This document shows, one piece after another, positions 17,678 to 27,223 of a stretch of 64,000 nt of DNA. The translations under genes and the position numbers were made by a program. The DNA lies in contig JAUHWY010000005.1 of the NCBI GenBank assembly GCA_030427255.1, positions 23,776 to 87,775 of the forward strand. Direction: 5' to 3'. Source of the stretch: Bacteroidia bacterium (GTDB lineage Bacteria > Bacteroidota > Bacteroidia > CAIKAF01). How positions within the stretch are numbered: position 1 is the stretch's first letter; each line of letters begins with the position of its first letter. Below the pieces are notes generated by a model. It had not been told where the DNA came from. It was given only the letters and a program-made list of their open reading frames with translations, and made no database searches.

Positions 17678-19538
17678 ATTGGTAACTCCTTGAGTCGCTC
17701 CCTTCCATGAAGTGCACAAAAGCCCGGTTTACAAATCGGTTCCCCCCTTGCGTAGGATAATTTCCGCTGAAGTACCAGTCTCCACTATGCTCCGGACAGG
17801 CCAAATGCAAATGCGCTACCCGTTGAAAAACAAAACGGAGTGGACAATCCAGCTCCTCCGGTTTCAACATTTCGGCCATCTCTTCCAAAATATTGGCGTC
17901 AGGAACGGCTGCATATAAGGCTTGTACGTAATTCTTTTCTCCGTCACGATCTTCTGCAATAGCAGCAAGCACCTCTTCGTAAAGTGTTTCCATCAACCCA
18001 ACCTTTCCCTGCTTAACCAAGCAAGAAACCGCTGCCCTAAAGGCTGCTAGGTCGTTGAGTCGGGCCATATCAATGCCGTAGCAATCAGGATAACGAATCT
18101 GTGGAGCCGAAGACACCACCACTAAGGCTTTGGGACGCAGCCGACTTAGCATTTTTAATATGGACTCTTTTAAGGTAGTGCCACGTACAATGCTATCGTC
18201 CAAGACCACCAAGTTGTCTTCCCCGGCTCGAATGCTCCCATAAGTAATGTCGTACACATGCTGTACCATATCGCTGCGGTGCGCATCATTGGTAATAAAG
18301 GTTCTAGCCTTTACGTCCTTTACGGCCACCTTCTCCACTCTAGGCTTTTGCCTAAACAACTGCTCTACAGCCTGCGCATCCCATAGGGCATTTTTGCTTA
18401 AAGCTTCCAAGGCCTTTTTCTCCATGTACTCCTCCACCCCTTTTATCAAACCATAAAAGGCCAATTCAGCCGTGTTCGGAATAAAAGAAAATACGGTATG
18501 CTCCAGATCTCCCTCAATGGCCTCCAACACATCTTGAGTTAACAATGCCCCAAGGGCTTTTCGTTCGTGATAAATATCTTTATCGGTGCCCCGACTAAAG
18601 TAAATGCGTTCAAAAGAACAACTCTTTTTAGGCTGTGGAGCGAGCACTTCTACCCGCCGGGATGCTTTTCCGGGGCTAAGCAAAAGACCTTCCCCAGGAT
18701 TCAACTCCTGCACTTCATCTATGGGTGCATCAAAAACAGTTTGAATTACCGCACGCTCCGAGGCTACCACTACTAAGTGCTGGTTTTCATACATCCATGC
18801 AGGCCGAATACCGGCCGGGTCACGTACCACAAAGGCATGACCTTGACCATTAAAACCGCCCATCACATAGCCTCCATCAAACTTTTTAAAGGCTTGGCGC
18901 AGCACAGGAGTCAAATCCAACACTTCTTCCATGGCCTTTGAAATGGCAGCTTTATCGTTCTCTCCAGCTCCTTTCAACGCCTCATAACAACGCTCCACTT
19001 CCTCATCTAAAAAATGGCCAATGCGCTCCATCACGGTAACTGTATCTGCCATTTGTTTGGGGTGCTGTCCCAACTCTAACAATTGCTGAAAAAGCTCAGG
19101 GGTATTGGTTAAATTAAAGTTACCCGCCACAGCAAGCATACGCGATGGCCAGTTGTTGTCACGCAAAAATGGGTGGCAGGCTTCCACGCCATAGCGCCCA
19201 AAAGTACCGTAGCGCACATGGCCCAAAAACAATTGCCCGTCGAAGGGTTTTACTAAACCCGATCCTTTCTCTTGCGCTTGTTCAATTTGCCGAAAAAGGT
19301 CTAAAATCGGTTGCCTGGCATCACTTCTTACCCGGTCCAAACGCGGGTAGCCTGGGGGAGCATTGAGGTTTAAACTGGCCAAACCGGCGCCGTCTTGGCC
19401 CCGGTTGTGCATTTTCTCCAACAAAAGATACATTTTGCGCAAGCCGAACTTACTCCCAAACTCTTGTTCTACCTGATTTGGAGGGGCTTTAAGCTGCAGA
19501 AGTGCTATCCCGCATTCGTGTTTTAGCGCATCGCTCAT
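17676..19538 (-). CDS. purF: Amidophosphoribosyltransferase (Bacteroidota long form)
   Basis: KHECGIA, HNRGQDGAG, CSFERIYFSRG, PRPP motif VVLDDSIVRGTT, PDCYGIDM. Confidence 0.92.
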   Translation of the reverse strand: MSDALKHECGIALLQLKAPPNQVEQEFGSKFGLRKMYLLLEKMHNRGQDGAGLASLNLNAPPGYPRLDRVRSDARQPILDLFRQIEQAQEKGSGLVKPFDGQLFLGHVRYGTFGRYGVEACHPFLRDNNWPSRMLAVAGNFNLTNTPELFQQLLELGQHPKQMADTVTVMERIGHFLDEEVERCYEALKGAGENDKAAISKAMEEVLDLTPVLRQAFKKFDGGYVMGGFNGQGHAFVVRDPAGIRPAWMYENQHLVVVASERAVIQTVFDAPIDEVQELNPGEGLLLSPGKASRRVEVLAPQPKKSCSFERIYFSRGTDKDIYHERKALGALLTQDVLEAIEGDLEHTVFSFIPNTAELAFYGLIKGVEEYMEKKALEALSKNALWDAQAVEQLFRQKPRVEKVAVKDVKARTFITNDAHRSDMVQHVYDITYGSIRAGEDNLVVLDDSIVRGTTLKESILKMLSRLRPKALVVVSSAPQIRYPDCYGIDMARLNDLAAFRAAVSCLVKQGKVGLMETLYEEVLAAIAEDRDGEKNYVQALYAAVPDANILEEMAEMLKPEELDCPLRFVFQRVAHLHLACPEHSGDWYFSGNYPTQGGNRFVNRAFVHFMEGSDSRSYQ

Positions 19539-19648
19539 GGAGCTATATGCCTTGCCGGTTTGATGTCCTGCAAGGACTATTCTACAAAATTAGCGCATTC
19601 GCCTTGGCTTTGCTCTATGGAAACAATTATTTAACACTGGCATCAAGC

Positions 19649-20533
19649 TTAGGCACTTTCCAAAGCCGCCACCTCTGCTTCCCTATGTATTTTGCGCACC
19701 AAACCTTGCAGCACATTGCCCGGTCCAATCTCTGTAAAGGACTGAACCCCATCTGCTACCATTTGTTCCACCGACTGCGTCCACCGAACTGCTCCGGTTA
19801 GCTGCCTTGCCAAGTTCTCTTGAATTTCTTTGGGGTCCTTGCTCGGTTTTCCGGTAAAGTTTTGATAAATGGCCCAACGGGGAGTCGCAAAAGAGCTTTG
19901 GTCAATGGCCTTTTCTAATTCGGCACGTGCCGGCTCCATTAAGGGGGAGTGGAAAGCTCCTGCCACCTTTAGCACCAAAGCCCGGCGGGCACCGGCCTCA
20001 CGCAACAGGGCACAGGCTTTTTCTACACCAGCCAAACTTCCCGAAATCACCAATTGTCCGGGGCAATTGTAATTGGCAGGAACCACAAGCTCATCGGTAA
20101 TGGAAGCACAAATTTCCTCTACCAACTGAGCATCCAAACCTAGGACTGCAGCCATGGTTCCGGGATTGGCTTCGCAGGCCTTTTGCATGGCTCTTGCCCT
20201 GCGGGCCACCAAATCCAAGCCGGATTCAAAACTCAAACAACCATTGGCCACAAGTGCTGAAAACTCTCCCAGAGAGTGGCCTGCCACCGCATCGGCTTGC
20301 AAATTTTCCTGAACCAAGGCAGCAACAACCGAATGTAAAAAAATAGCAGGTTGTGCCACCTTTGTTTGGGTTAAATCGTCTTCATTCCCCTCAAACATGA
20401 CATCGGTAATCCTAAACCCCAGCTGCTCGTTGGCCTGTTCAAACAAAGCTTTGGCCTTGGTGTGGCTTTCGTAGAGGGATTTACCCATTCCTACAAATTG
20501 GGCACCTTGCCCGGGAAACATCAGTGCTTTCAT
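19649..20533 (-). CDS. fabD: Malonyl-CoA:ACP transacylase
   Basis: FPGQGAQ, GHSLGE, ANYNCPGQLV and GAFHS motifs. Confidence 0.97.
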   Translation of the reverse strand: MKALMFPGQGAQFVGMGKSLYESHTKAKALFEQANEQLGFRITDVMFEGNEDDLTQTKVAQPAIFLHSVVAALVQENLQADAVAGHSLGEFSALVANGCLSFESGLDLVARRARAMQKACEANPGTMAAVLGLDAQLVEEICASITDELVVPANYNCPGQLVISGSLAGVEKACALLREAGARRALVLKVAGAFHSPLMEPARAELEKAIDQSSFATPRWAIYQNFTGKPSKDPKEIQENLARQLTGAVRWTQSVEQMVADGVQSFTEIGPGNVLQGLVRKIHREAEVAALESA

Positions 20534-20638
20534 ATAAGGCTGTGTTTGCAACGAAGATAGGGCATTCCGCCCAACCCTCCGCCTAAAAATTGAGGAAGCA
20601 GCATGGGCCTTTTGGCTTGAGGCTTGCTGCCATTTATT

Positions 20639-21250
20639 TTACCAGCGCGCCGGCGAAATAAGCTGAAAAAACTCCTGCCTGGTGGCAGCTTGCTCAAACA
20701 CCCCGGTAAATGAGCTGGTGGTTGTAAAGGAGTGTTGTTTTTCCACACCCCGCATTTGCATGCATAAATGCCTAGCTTCAATAACCACGGCTACCCCTTG
20801 TGGATTCAAAGCATTTTGTAAGCAATCCCTAATTTGGGTGGTAAGTCGTTCTTGCACTTGCAATCTGCGGCTAAACGCATCCACCACGCGCGGAATTTTG
20901 CTAAGTCCGCAAATGGTACCTTGGGGAATGTAGGCAATATGGGCTTTACCAAAAAAGGGCAGCATGTGGTGCTCGCACATAGAAAACACTTCTATGTCGC
21001 GCACCAACACCATTTCGTTGTGGTCTTCTTGAAACAGGGCTTCCCTCAAAATCCCAGCCGGATCTTGTTGGTAGCCTTGGGTTAAAAATTGCATGGCTTT
21101 AGCCATACGCTCCGGGGTCTTTTGCAAACCCTCTCGTTGTACATCCTCGCCTAAAAGACCTATGGCCTCGGCATATAGCTTGGCCAAGGCTTGGGTCTTT
21201 TGGTCGGGATAGCGCTCTTCGCGCTCGTATGCATTGGGATTATTCCCCAT
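20639..21250 (-). CDS. folE: GTP cyclohydrolase I
   Basis: [27 protein letters not shown] and HLCMQMRGV motifs; start trimmed to ATG 21250. Confidence 0.96.
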   Translation of the reverse strand: MGNNPNAYEREERYPDQKTQALAKLYAEAIGLLGEDVQREGLQKTPERMAKAMQFLTQGYQQDPAGILREALFQEDHNEMVLVRDIEVFSMCEHHMLPFFGKAHIAYIPQGTICGLSKIPRVVDAFSRRLQVQERLTTQIRDCLQNALNPQGVAVVIEARHLCMQMRGVEKQHSFTTTSSFTGVFEQAATRQEFFQLISPARW

Positions 21251-21662
21251 AATAAGTGACAGAATTGCGTTCGGTTTCGAACAGTTCAATTTTATGCAAG
21301 CGGCATGGACCCAAGTCCTGCACGGCAGGATCCAATATCTTCCAAATTTCCACCGCAAGCACCTCCGTAGAAGTCATTTTCCCCTCCAAAAAGGGCACAT
21401 CCAAGTTCAGGTTTTTGTGGTCCAACTTGTCGATTACCAGACTGCGAATGACCGTCGACAACTTTTTCAAATCCACAATAAAACCGGTATCGGCTTGAGG
21501 CTCACCCTTTACGGTGACCAGCAAATCGTAATTGTGTCCATGCCAGTTTTTATTGGCGCAAGGACCGAACACGGCGGCATTTTGCTCTTCCGACCAATTG
21601 GGGTTGAAGAGCTTATGCGCAGCATTGAAATGTTCTTTTCGAGTGAGGTATACCAAAGGCAT
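21240..21662 (-). CDS. 6-pyruvoyl-tetrahydropterin synthase / QueD family protein (CX5HGH type)
   Basis: [23 protein letters not shown] and ETERN motifs; overlaps folE. Confidence 0.93.
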   Translation of the reverse strand: MPLVYLTRKEHFNAAHKLFNPNWSEEQNAAVFGPCANKNWHGHNYDLLVTVKGEPQADTGFIVDLKKLSTVIRSLVIDKLDHKNLNLDVPFLEGKMTSTEVLAVEIWKILDPAVQDLGPCRLHKIELFETERNSVTYYGE

Positions 21663-21699
21663 GGCCTAATTTTCTGCAAAGGTACGTTTTTTGGTATTT

Positions 21700-21851
21700 G
21701 GGCGCCATTTCCGGCTGTCGCTGCAAGTCCTCGTCAAAAGCCCTGTGCCGCATGGGGCTGCGGTAGCTCCCCCGAAGCATCGGGTCCGCTTCCTCGCTCC
21801 CTGCGGCACATGGGCTTTTGCCTCCGGGCTTTCCGCATCCATCCGGGGCGC
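21700..21851 (-). repeat. Intergenic palindromic element (Flavo-1-like), copy B
   Basis: Minus strand GGATGGATGCGGAAAGCCC...GAGGACTTGCAGCGACAGCCGG around a long hairpin. Confidence 0.65.
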
Positions 21852-21918
21852 GGAATCCCGCTCCGCCATAAAAACCCATTTACCCTTTGGGTTTCCAATG
21901 TTATTTTTGGAAGAACAA

Positions 21919-22057
21919 GCGGCAGGGACAGAACGGAAAGCCCACAGCAGCCGAGCTTAGGGAGGCAGGGCCACGGAGGCGACCTTGGGAGCCCCCGTAG
22001 GCACTAGCCTCCCTTAGCTCGGATGCGAGGACTTGCAGAGATGGCCCGCCCGGCCGC
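21919..22057 (+). repeat. Intergenic palindromic element (Flavo-1-like), copy C
   Basis: GGGACAGAACGGAAAGCCCACAG...GAGGACTTGCAGAGATGGCCCG around a long hairpin. Confidence 0.65.
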
Positions 22058-22133
22058 CCAAAACGATAAATCCACCCCAATGTTTTTGAGGTTATAAATT
22101 TGATTGTACATTTAAAGGATATATTCCAATCCT

Positions 22134-23618
22134 ATGCAAGTGCGCTTTTTCTTTTTGGTTCTTCTTTTTCCTTTTTTGGCGGCTCAGGCTCAATCGGTGG
22201 GCGTAAATACGCAAAACCCGGACCCGTCGGCTGCTTTAGAAGTGCAGTCTACCCAGCAGGGCTTTTTGCCGCCGCGCATGACTTCAAGCCAACGCGACAA
22301 TATTTCGAATCCGGCCACAGGGCTCATGATTTATAATACCGACAACGGTTGCCTTAACTTGTTTAACGGCAACTTGTGGGAGCAGCTTTGTCCTACGTGT
22401 ATTGCGCCGGTGGTGCAAATTCAAAACGTTCCGGATACCTTGTGCGCCGGTCAAAACCTGAGCTTCAATTTGCCGTCTATTTCCGGGGTTAGCTACCATT
22501 GGAGCGGCCCCAACGGTTTTAGTTCCAATTTGCCCAACCCCACGGTTAGCAGCGTTAGCGCCCAAGACGCTGGTGCCTATGCTGTGTTTGCCGTTCAAAA
22601 CAACTGTACTTCTGCCGTGGTTACGCATAACTTAACCGTGCTGAACCAAGCCGATGCCAATTTTACAGTGAACCCAAGCACTCCTTCGGTGAATGTGGCG
22701 GCCGCCTTTACGGCCCAAGCCGGCATGGGCAGCTACGCCTGGACTTTTCAGAGCGGAACACCCGGATCGTCCATTCAGCAGAACCCTCAAGTTACCTGGT
22801 CTCAAGCGGGTACCTACAACGTGCAATTGATTGTAGATAACGGCAATTGCAGCGATACGGTGATTCAACAAGTTACGGTGGTGACTTGCCCTCCTCAGCC
22901 TCAGGGCCAAAGCGTTACCTTCAATTATACGGGTGGGGTTCAGTCCTTTACGGTTCCTGCTTGTGTCAATTATATTGATGTCGACGCTTCGGGTGCACAG
23001 GGCTTTGCAAACGGAAGTCCAAGTTTTGGCCGTGGTGGCCGCGTTCAAGCCAGGCTTACGGTTACGCCGGGAGAGGTTTTGTCCATCTACGTAGGAGGTC
23101 AAGGAACCTCCACCTCCGGAGGTTACAACGGTGGTGGAAATGTGGGATCCGGAGGTAATTACGGCGGTGGCGGCGGAGCTTCGGACATTCGGCGCAATGG
23201 TACCACCTTAAACGATAGAATTATTGTAGCCGGTGGCGGCGGTGGTACGGGTTCCAATTGCGGCACCAACTCTGCTCCGGGCGGTCATGGAGGTGGCTTA
23301 ACCGGACAAAGCGGTTGTTTGTACAGCTGCAGCAGCTGCCAGTATACCGGCGGTGGCGGGACACAATCATCCGGTGGAGTAGCCGGCCCTACCAGCCATA
23401 GCGCATGTGGAAACAACAGCAACGGCAGCTTTGGTCAAGGTGGCTCCAATACCGGAAACTCAGGCACCGGCGGCGGTGGCGGCTGGTATGGCGGAGGTTC
23501 AGGTTGTTATGAAGGTGCCGGAGGAGGTAGTTCTTACGTCACCAGCAATGGCTCAAGCAATATCACTCATACGCAAGGACATCGTCCGGGCCATGGTCAA
23601 ATCATTATCAGTTATTGA
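22134..23618 (+). CDS. Exported protein: VGINT-type N-terminal domain, Ig/PKD domains, C-terminal glycine-rich domain
   Basis: Signal peptide; SVGVNT..PDPSAALEVQST..GFLPPRMT; PKD-like WTFQSGTP; GAQG...GGGGGASDIR...GHGQIIISY. Confidence 0.85.
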   Translation: MQVRFFFLVLLFPFLAAQAQSVGVNTQNPDPSAALEVQSTQQGFLPPRMTSSQRDNISNPATGLMIYNTDNGCLNLFNGNLWEQLCPTCIAPVVQIQNVPDTLCAGQNLSFNLPSISGVSYHWSGPNGFSSNLPNPTVSSVSAQDAGAYAVFAVQNNCTSAVVTHNLTVLNQADANFTVNPSTPSVNVAAAFTAQAGMGSYAWTFQSGTPGSSIQQNPQVTWSQAGTYNVQLIVDNGNCSDTVIQQVTVVTCPPQPQGQSVTFNYTGGVQSFTVPACVNYIDVDASGAQGFANGSPSFGRGGRVQARLTVTPGEVLSIYVGGQGTSTSGGYNGGGNVGSGGNYGGGGGASDIRRNGTTLNDRIIVAGGGGGTGSNCGTNSAPGGHGGGLTGQSGCLYSCSSCQYTGGGGTQSSGGVAGPTSHSACGNNSNGSFGQGGSNTGNSGTGGGGGWYGGGSGCYEGAGGGSSYVTSNGSSNITHTQGHRPGHGQIIISY

Positions 23619-23808
23619 TGGCGTTTGATTCTTGAGGGTGCGAACTACCCTCGGTCTCTTGTCTCTTTGCATGAATAACCAAGGGCCTGTTAAGGTATGC
23701 TTATTCTGGCGGAAATGGATTCCAATAAGCCCCCACAAGCCTTCGGTCAAAAAGGTTCGAATACTGTTTGATGATTGTTGCCCTAAGGTTTGCGGGTGAG
23801 GCAATTCC

Positions 23809-25233
23809 TTATTCTACGTAATGCAGTTTCATCATATTGGTTTGGCCTTTTTCGTGGATGGGAATGCTGGCGGTGTGCACTACCAAATCGCCTTCCAACA
23901 AGTGGCCTCCTTTTTTAAGCACATAGGTAGTTTCGGCAATGCTATGGTCGGTACTTACGAACTTGTCGAAATAGAAGCCTTTGACTCCCCAAACCAAGCT
24001 AAGTTGGTTCAAAATGGCACGATTGCCGGTAAACACGAAGATAGCGGCTCTGGGGCGGTAGCTGCTCATTTCGTAGGCAGTGTAGCCCGAAAATGACATA
24101 GTAATGATGCCCTGCACACGTGCTTTATCGGCCATTTCCACGGCGGCGCGACATACTGCATCGGTAATGAAACGTTCGCGAGAGATGTGTGTGCTGTCCA
24201 AGTTATAAATGCCCGGGTGGCTTTCGACTTCTTTTATGATTTTTTGGACGGATTCCACCACACGAACAGGGAATTTGCCCACCGAAGTTTCGGCGCTAAG
24301 CATAACGGCATCGGCACCATCCATAATGGCATTAGCCACATCGTTAACCTCGGCCCGGGTGGGGTTATAATTGGTAATCATAGACTCCATCATTTGTGTG
24401 GCAATAATTACCGGCTTGGAGCTACGAAGGCAGCGTTTTACGATATCTTTTTGGATCAAAGGCACCTGCTGCATAGGAATTTCCACACCCAGGTCGCCGC
24501 GAGCTACCATAATAGCATCGCTTTCGCGAATGATATGGTTTATATCCTCAATGGCCTCGGGCTTTTCAATTTTGGCAATCACTTTGGTACTCACCTTTTT
24601 TTGAGCAATCAAATGTTTGAGTTCAATAACATCAGCTGCTGAACGAACAAAGGAAAGTCCAATCCATTCCAGTTCATGTTCAAGCGCAAACTCCAAGTCC
24701 TCGCGGTCTTTAGGCGTTAAACAAGGCAAAGAAATTTTAGTATTGGGGAGGTTTACGCCCTTTTTGGAGGTGAGCAAACCACCACTAATAACCTTAACCT
24801 TTACTTCGTCTTTGGCGTTGGTTTCCAAGACCTCCAGCACAATTTTACCATCGTCCACCAGCACCCTTTCGCCGGGACGCACATCTTTTGCAAAGTTTTG
24901 GTATTGAATGTACAGAAGTTCGGCTGTGCCTGTTCCTTGTGCCGAGGAGATGCGCACTTCGGCGCCATCTTCCAGCATAACTCCGCCTTCTGCAACATTT
25001 CGAATACGGATTTTTGGGCCCTGCAAGTCTCCTAAAATGGCCAAGTTATAGCCTCGCTCCTCATTTATTCTTCGAATGTTTTGGATAATGATTTTTTGGG
25101 CTTCTCGGTCGCCATGAGAGAAATTGAGTCGGCATACATCCACTCCTGCTTCTACCAAGGCACTTAAAGTTTCATAATCTGCGGTTGCCGGACCAATGGT
25201 GGCAATCAGTTTTGTTTTGCTTTGGACTTTCAT
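23809..25233 (-). CDS. pyk: Pyruvate kinase
   Basis: TKLIATIGPA, RLNFSHG, IAKIEK, MVARGDLGVE and ATQMMESM motifs. Confidence 0.98.
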   Translation of the reverse strand: MKVQSKTKLIATIGPATADYETLSALVEAGVDVCRLNFSHGDREAQKIIIQNIRRINEERGYNLAILGDLQGPKIRIRNVAEGGVMLEDGAEVRISSAQGTGTAELLYIQYQNFAKDVRPGERVLVDDGKIVLEVLETNAKDEVKVKVISGGLLTSKKGVNLPNTKISLPCLTPKDREDLEFALEHELEWIGLSFVRSAADVIELKHLIAQKKVSTKVIAKIEKPEAIEDINHIIRESDAIMVARGDLGVEIPMQQVPLIQKDIVKRCLRSSKPVIIATQMMESMITNYNPTRAEVNDVANAIMDGADAVMLSAETSVGKFPVRVVESVQKIIKEVESHPGIYNLDSTHISRERFITDAVCRAAVEMADKARVQGIITMSFSGYTAYEMSSYRPRAAIFVFTGNRAILNQLSLVWGVKGFYFDKFVSTDHSIAETTYVLKKGGHLLEGDLVVHTASIPIHEKGQTNMMKLHYVE

Positions 25234-25234
25234 G

Positions 25235-25654
25235 TTATTGGTAAATAAGTTTGGCTTTTGCTTTATCGGACAGTTTTTGAAGCTTGCCACACCATTGCAC
25301 TTCGGGAATGTTGCGGATATTTTGTGCGGCTTCGTTAAGGAAGGCTTCTGAGTTTCCGGTCAATTGTATTAAATAGTCCATTCCTGCGGCTTCCTGAATC
25401 CAGATTTTGGGTGCTTTTGGTAACTGCAAGATGCGAATACTAATGTACAAGTCGGGCAATTCTCCAAAAAAGACGCTAACAGGTCCGGGTGCCCGTTGTT
25501 GAGACTCTTGTTCAGACTCCTGCACCAGGCGCCAATCCAGATGTTTGTGAAGCAACCAACAAAACCGGTAATCCTTTTCTTGGCAACTAATACCAAGCAC
25601 ATCAAAGTCGGTTGGACTTCCGGGTAAGGTATCAAGCACAATGGTTTGGCTCAT
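25235..25654 (-). CDS. IPExxxVDY-family protein
   Basis: GISCQEKDYRFCWLL and IQEAAGMDY; lies directly upstream of pyk, as is usual in Bacteroidota. Confidence 0.75.
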   Translation of the reverse strand: MSQTIVLDTLPGSPTDFDVLGISCQEKDYRFCWLLHKHLDWRLVQESEQESQQRAPGPVSVFFGELPDLYISIRILQLPKAPKIWIQEAAGMDYLIQLTGNSEAFLNEAAQNIRNIPEVQWCGKLQKLSDKAKAKLIYQ

Positions 25655-26199
25655 TGCTGTGCAGCCCATCTATTATACAATTCAAACACCTTACGGCTAT
25701 GTTCGGGCTCATACAGTTTATCCTCTATTTGCTTCACCAAATCTTTATGGTCTTGCATAAGCTCTTCCAATTGTTTTCGCCAAGCCCTTGGGGAGGTAGA
25801 GAGGGGTTGAAACTCCGTAGAGCCTTCCTTTACGAAATACAAATCATAGGCTTTGGTATATTGGCCTTGAAAGTCTCTAAGGTACTCGTACTCATAGAGC
25901 GAAACTTTGCCTTTAGTCAGCAACCTTAAAAACACGATTTCTTTGTCCGGTTTGGCCTTTATGTACAGGTTGGAGTCTACATGAATCTCTCGTACCTCCT
26001 CTGCCTTAAAATAGGACCTCTCTTCTTCCTTATCTTTAAGAACAAACCGGTCTTTGATGCCATCTTTGGATTTATAATAAATTTCGCCGGCAATGGTATC
26101 TCCGGTTTCCAGCACCAGCTTACCCGGAACAAAGCCCTGGGCATGAATCCATTGAAGACTAGAAATACAAAAAACAAGAAAGTACGAGAAAAAACGCAT
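25651..26199 (-). CDS. Exported hypothetical protein
   Basis: Signal peptide; GDTIAGEI and FLRLLTKGKVSLYEY; sits in an operon with overlapping neighbours. Confidence 0.75.
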   Translation of the reverse strand: MRFFSYFLVFCISSLQWIHAQGFVPGKLVLETGDTIAGEIYYKSKDGIKDRFVLKDKEEERSYFKAEEVREIHVDSNLYIKAKPDKEIVFLRLLTKGKVSLYEYEYLRDFQGQYTKAYDLYFVKEGSTEFQPLSTSPRAWRKQLEELMQDHKDLVKQIEDKLYEPEHSRKVFELYNRWAAQQ

Positions 26200-26203
26200 G
26201 CGC

Positions 26204-27223
26204 TTAGTTTATTTCAGGTTCGCGATACAAAACTTCTAAAACAGTGGTTCCCACGGCTCCAAGGGTTTCCTTAGAGATGATGTCTATATTGTCTTTCTGT
26301 GTGTGCCAATGCGCCGGGAAACCCGAAGGTCGGCTGGGGTCGTAATTAATGATGTCTATGGAAGGAATCCGCATTAATTTGTTAATGAAGTAGTGGTCGT
26401 CGGTTATGGGGCCGGGCAAAGCGGCCATTCTAAAATAGGAGGCATAACCCACCTGATGAGCGGTTTCCCAAACCTTTTGGGTTATGTGCGGTGCATATTC
26501 TAAAGACCAGCCCTCCTGGTAAAACACGGCACCTTTAGCTCCAACCAAGTCCAACAGGATGCCATACCTGGCTCGGTAACCGGGCACCATTGGATTCTTG
26601 GCAAAATACTGGGAGCCCAAACAAAAGGTTTCGGGAGCACCACCTGCATCTCCGAAATCCTCGCCATCAAATAAAACAATATCTATTCCCGGCGAAGGGC
26701 CTCCACTGCTATCTGCCGCCAATAAGCGGGCAATTTCCATTAATACACCTACTCCTGAGCCTCCATCGTCAGCTCCAGGAACAGGCAAGTGGCCAAGTGT
26801 TGCATCTTTGTCGGAAATATGTCGGGTATCCCAATGTGCAAACAGCATGATTCGGTCCGACTTTTCCGGGTCAAAACGAGCCATAATGTTTCGAATCTTT
26901 AGCCCTTCTCCGGTGTAAGCCACCACATTTGCCTCTTGCACCAACACGGTATCGGCCCAAGAGCTGAGCCGCTCTACCAAATAATCTCCCGCCTTTTGGT
27001 GGCCTTTGCTGTTGGGGACTCGAGGTCCAAACGCCAGTTGCGCTTCAATAAAAGCATAAGCGGAATCCGCCGAAAATTGCGGAGCTTTTTTTACCGGAGC
27101 AGGAGGTGGACTCAGGGTTCCATTTCCTTGTATGGGTTTGGGCTCATCACCACAAGCGGTGAACATAAGGGCGAAAACACCTATCCAAACCAAAGGTTGA
27201 TATTTTGAAATGCTTCGTTTCAT
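26204..27223 (-). CDS. M28-family peptidase / glutaminyl cyclase-like lipoprotein
   Basis: Lipobox FTAC; FGPRVPNS, AHWDTR, GADDGGSG, FDGED, DDH and WHT motifs. Confidence 0.9.
   Translation of the reverse strand: MKRSISKYQPLVWIGVFALMFTACGDEPKPIQGNGTLSPPPAPVKKAPQFSADSAYAFIEAQLAFGPRVPNSKGHQKAGDYLVERLSSWADTVLVQEANVVAYTGEGLKIRNIMARFDPEKSDRIMLFAHWDTRHISDKDATLGHLPVPGADDGGSGVGVLMEIARLLAADSSGGPSPGIDIVLFDGEDFGDAGGAPETFCLGSQYFAKNPMVPGYRARYGILLDLVGAKGAVFYQEGWSLEYAPHITQKVWETAHQVGYASYFRMAALPGPITDDHYFINKLMRIPSIDIINYDPSRPSGFPAHWHTQKDNIDIISKETLGAVGTTVLEVLYREPEIN

Noticed and set aside
21234..22007. 257-aa plus-strand ORF and other ORFs over 21613-21960
   Set aside because: Antisense to the pterin synthase gene and running through GC-rich palindromes.
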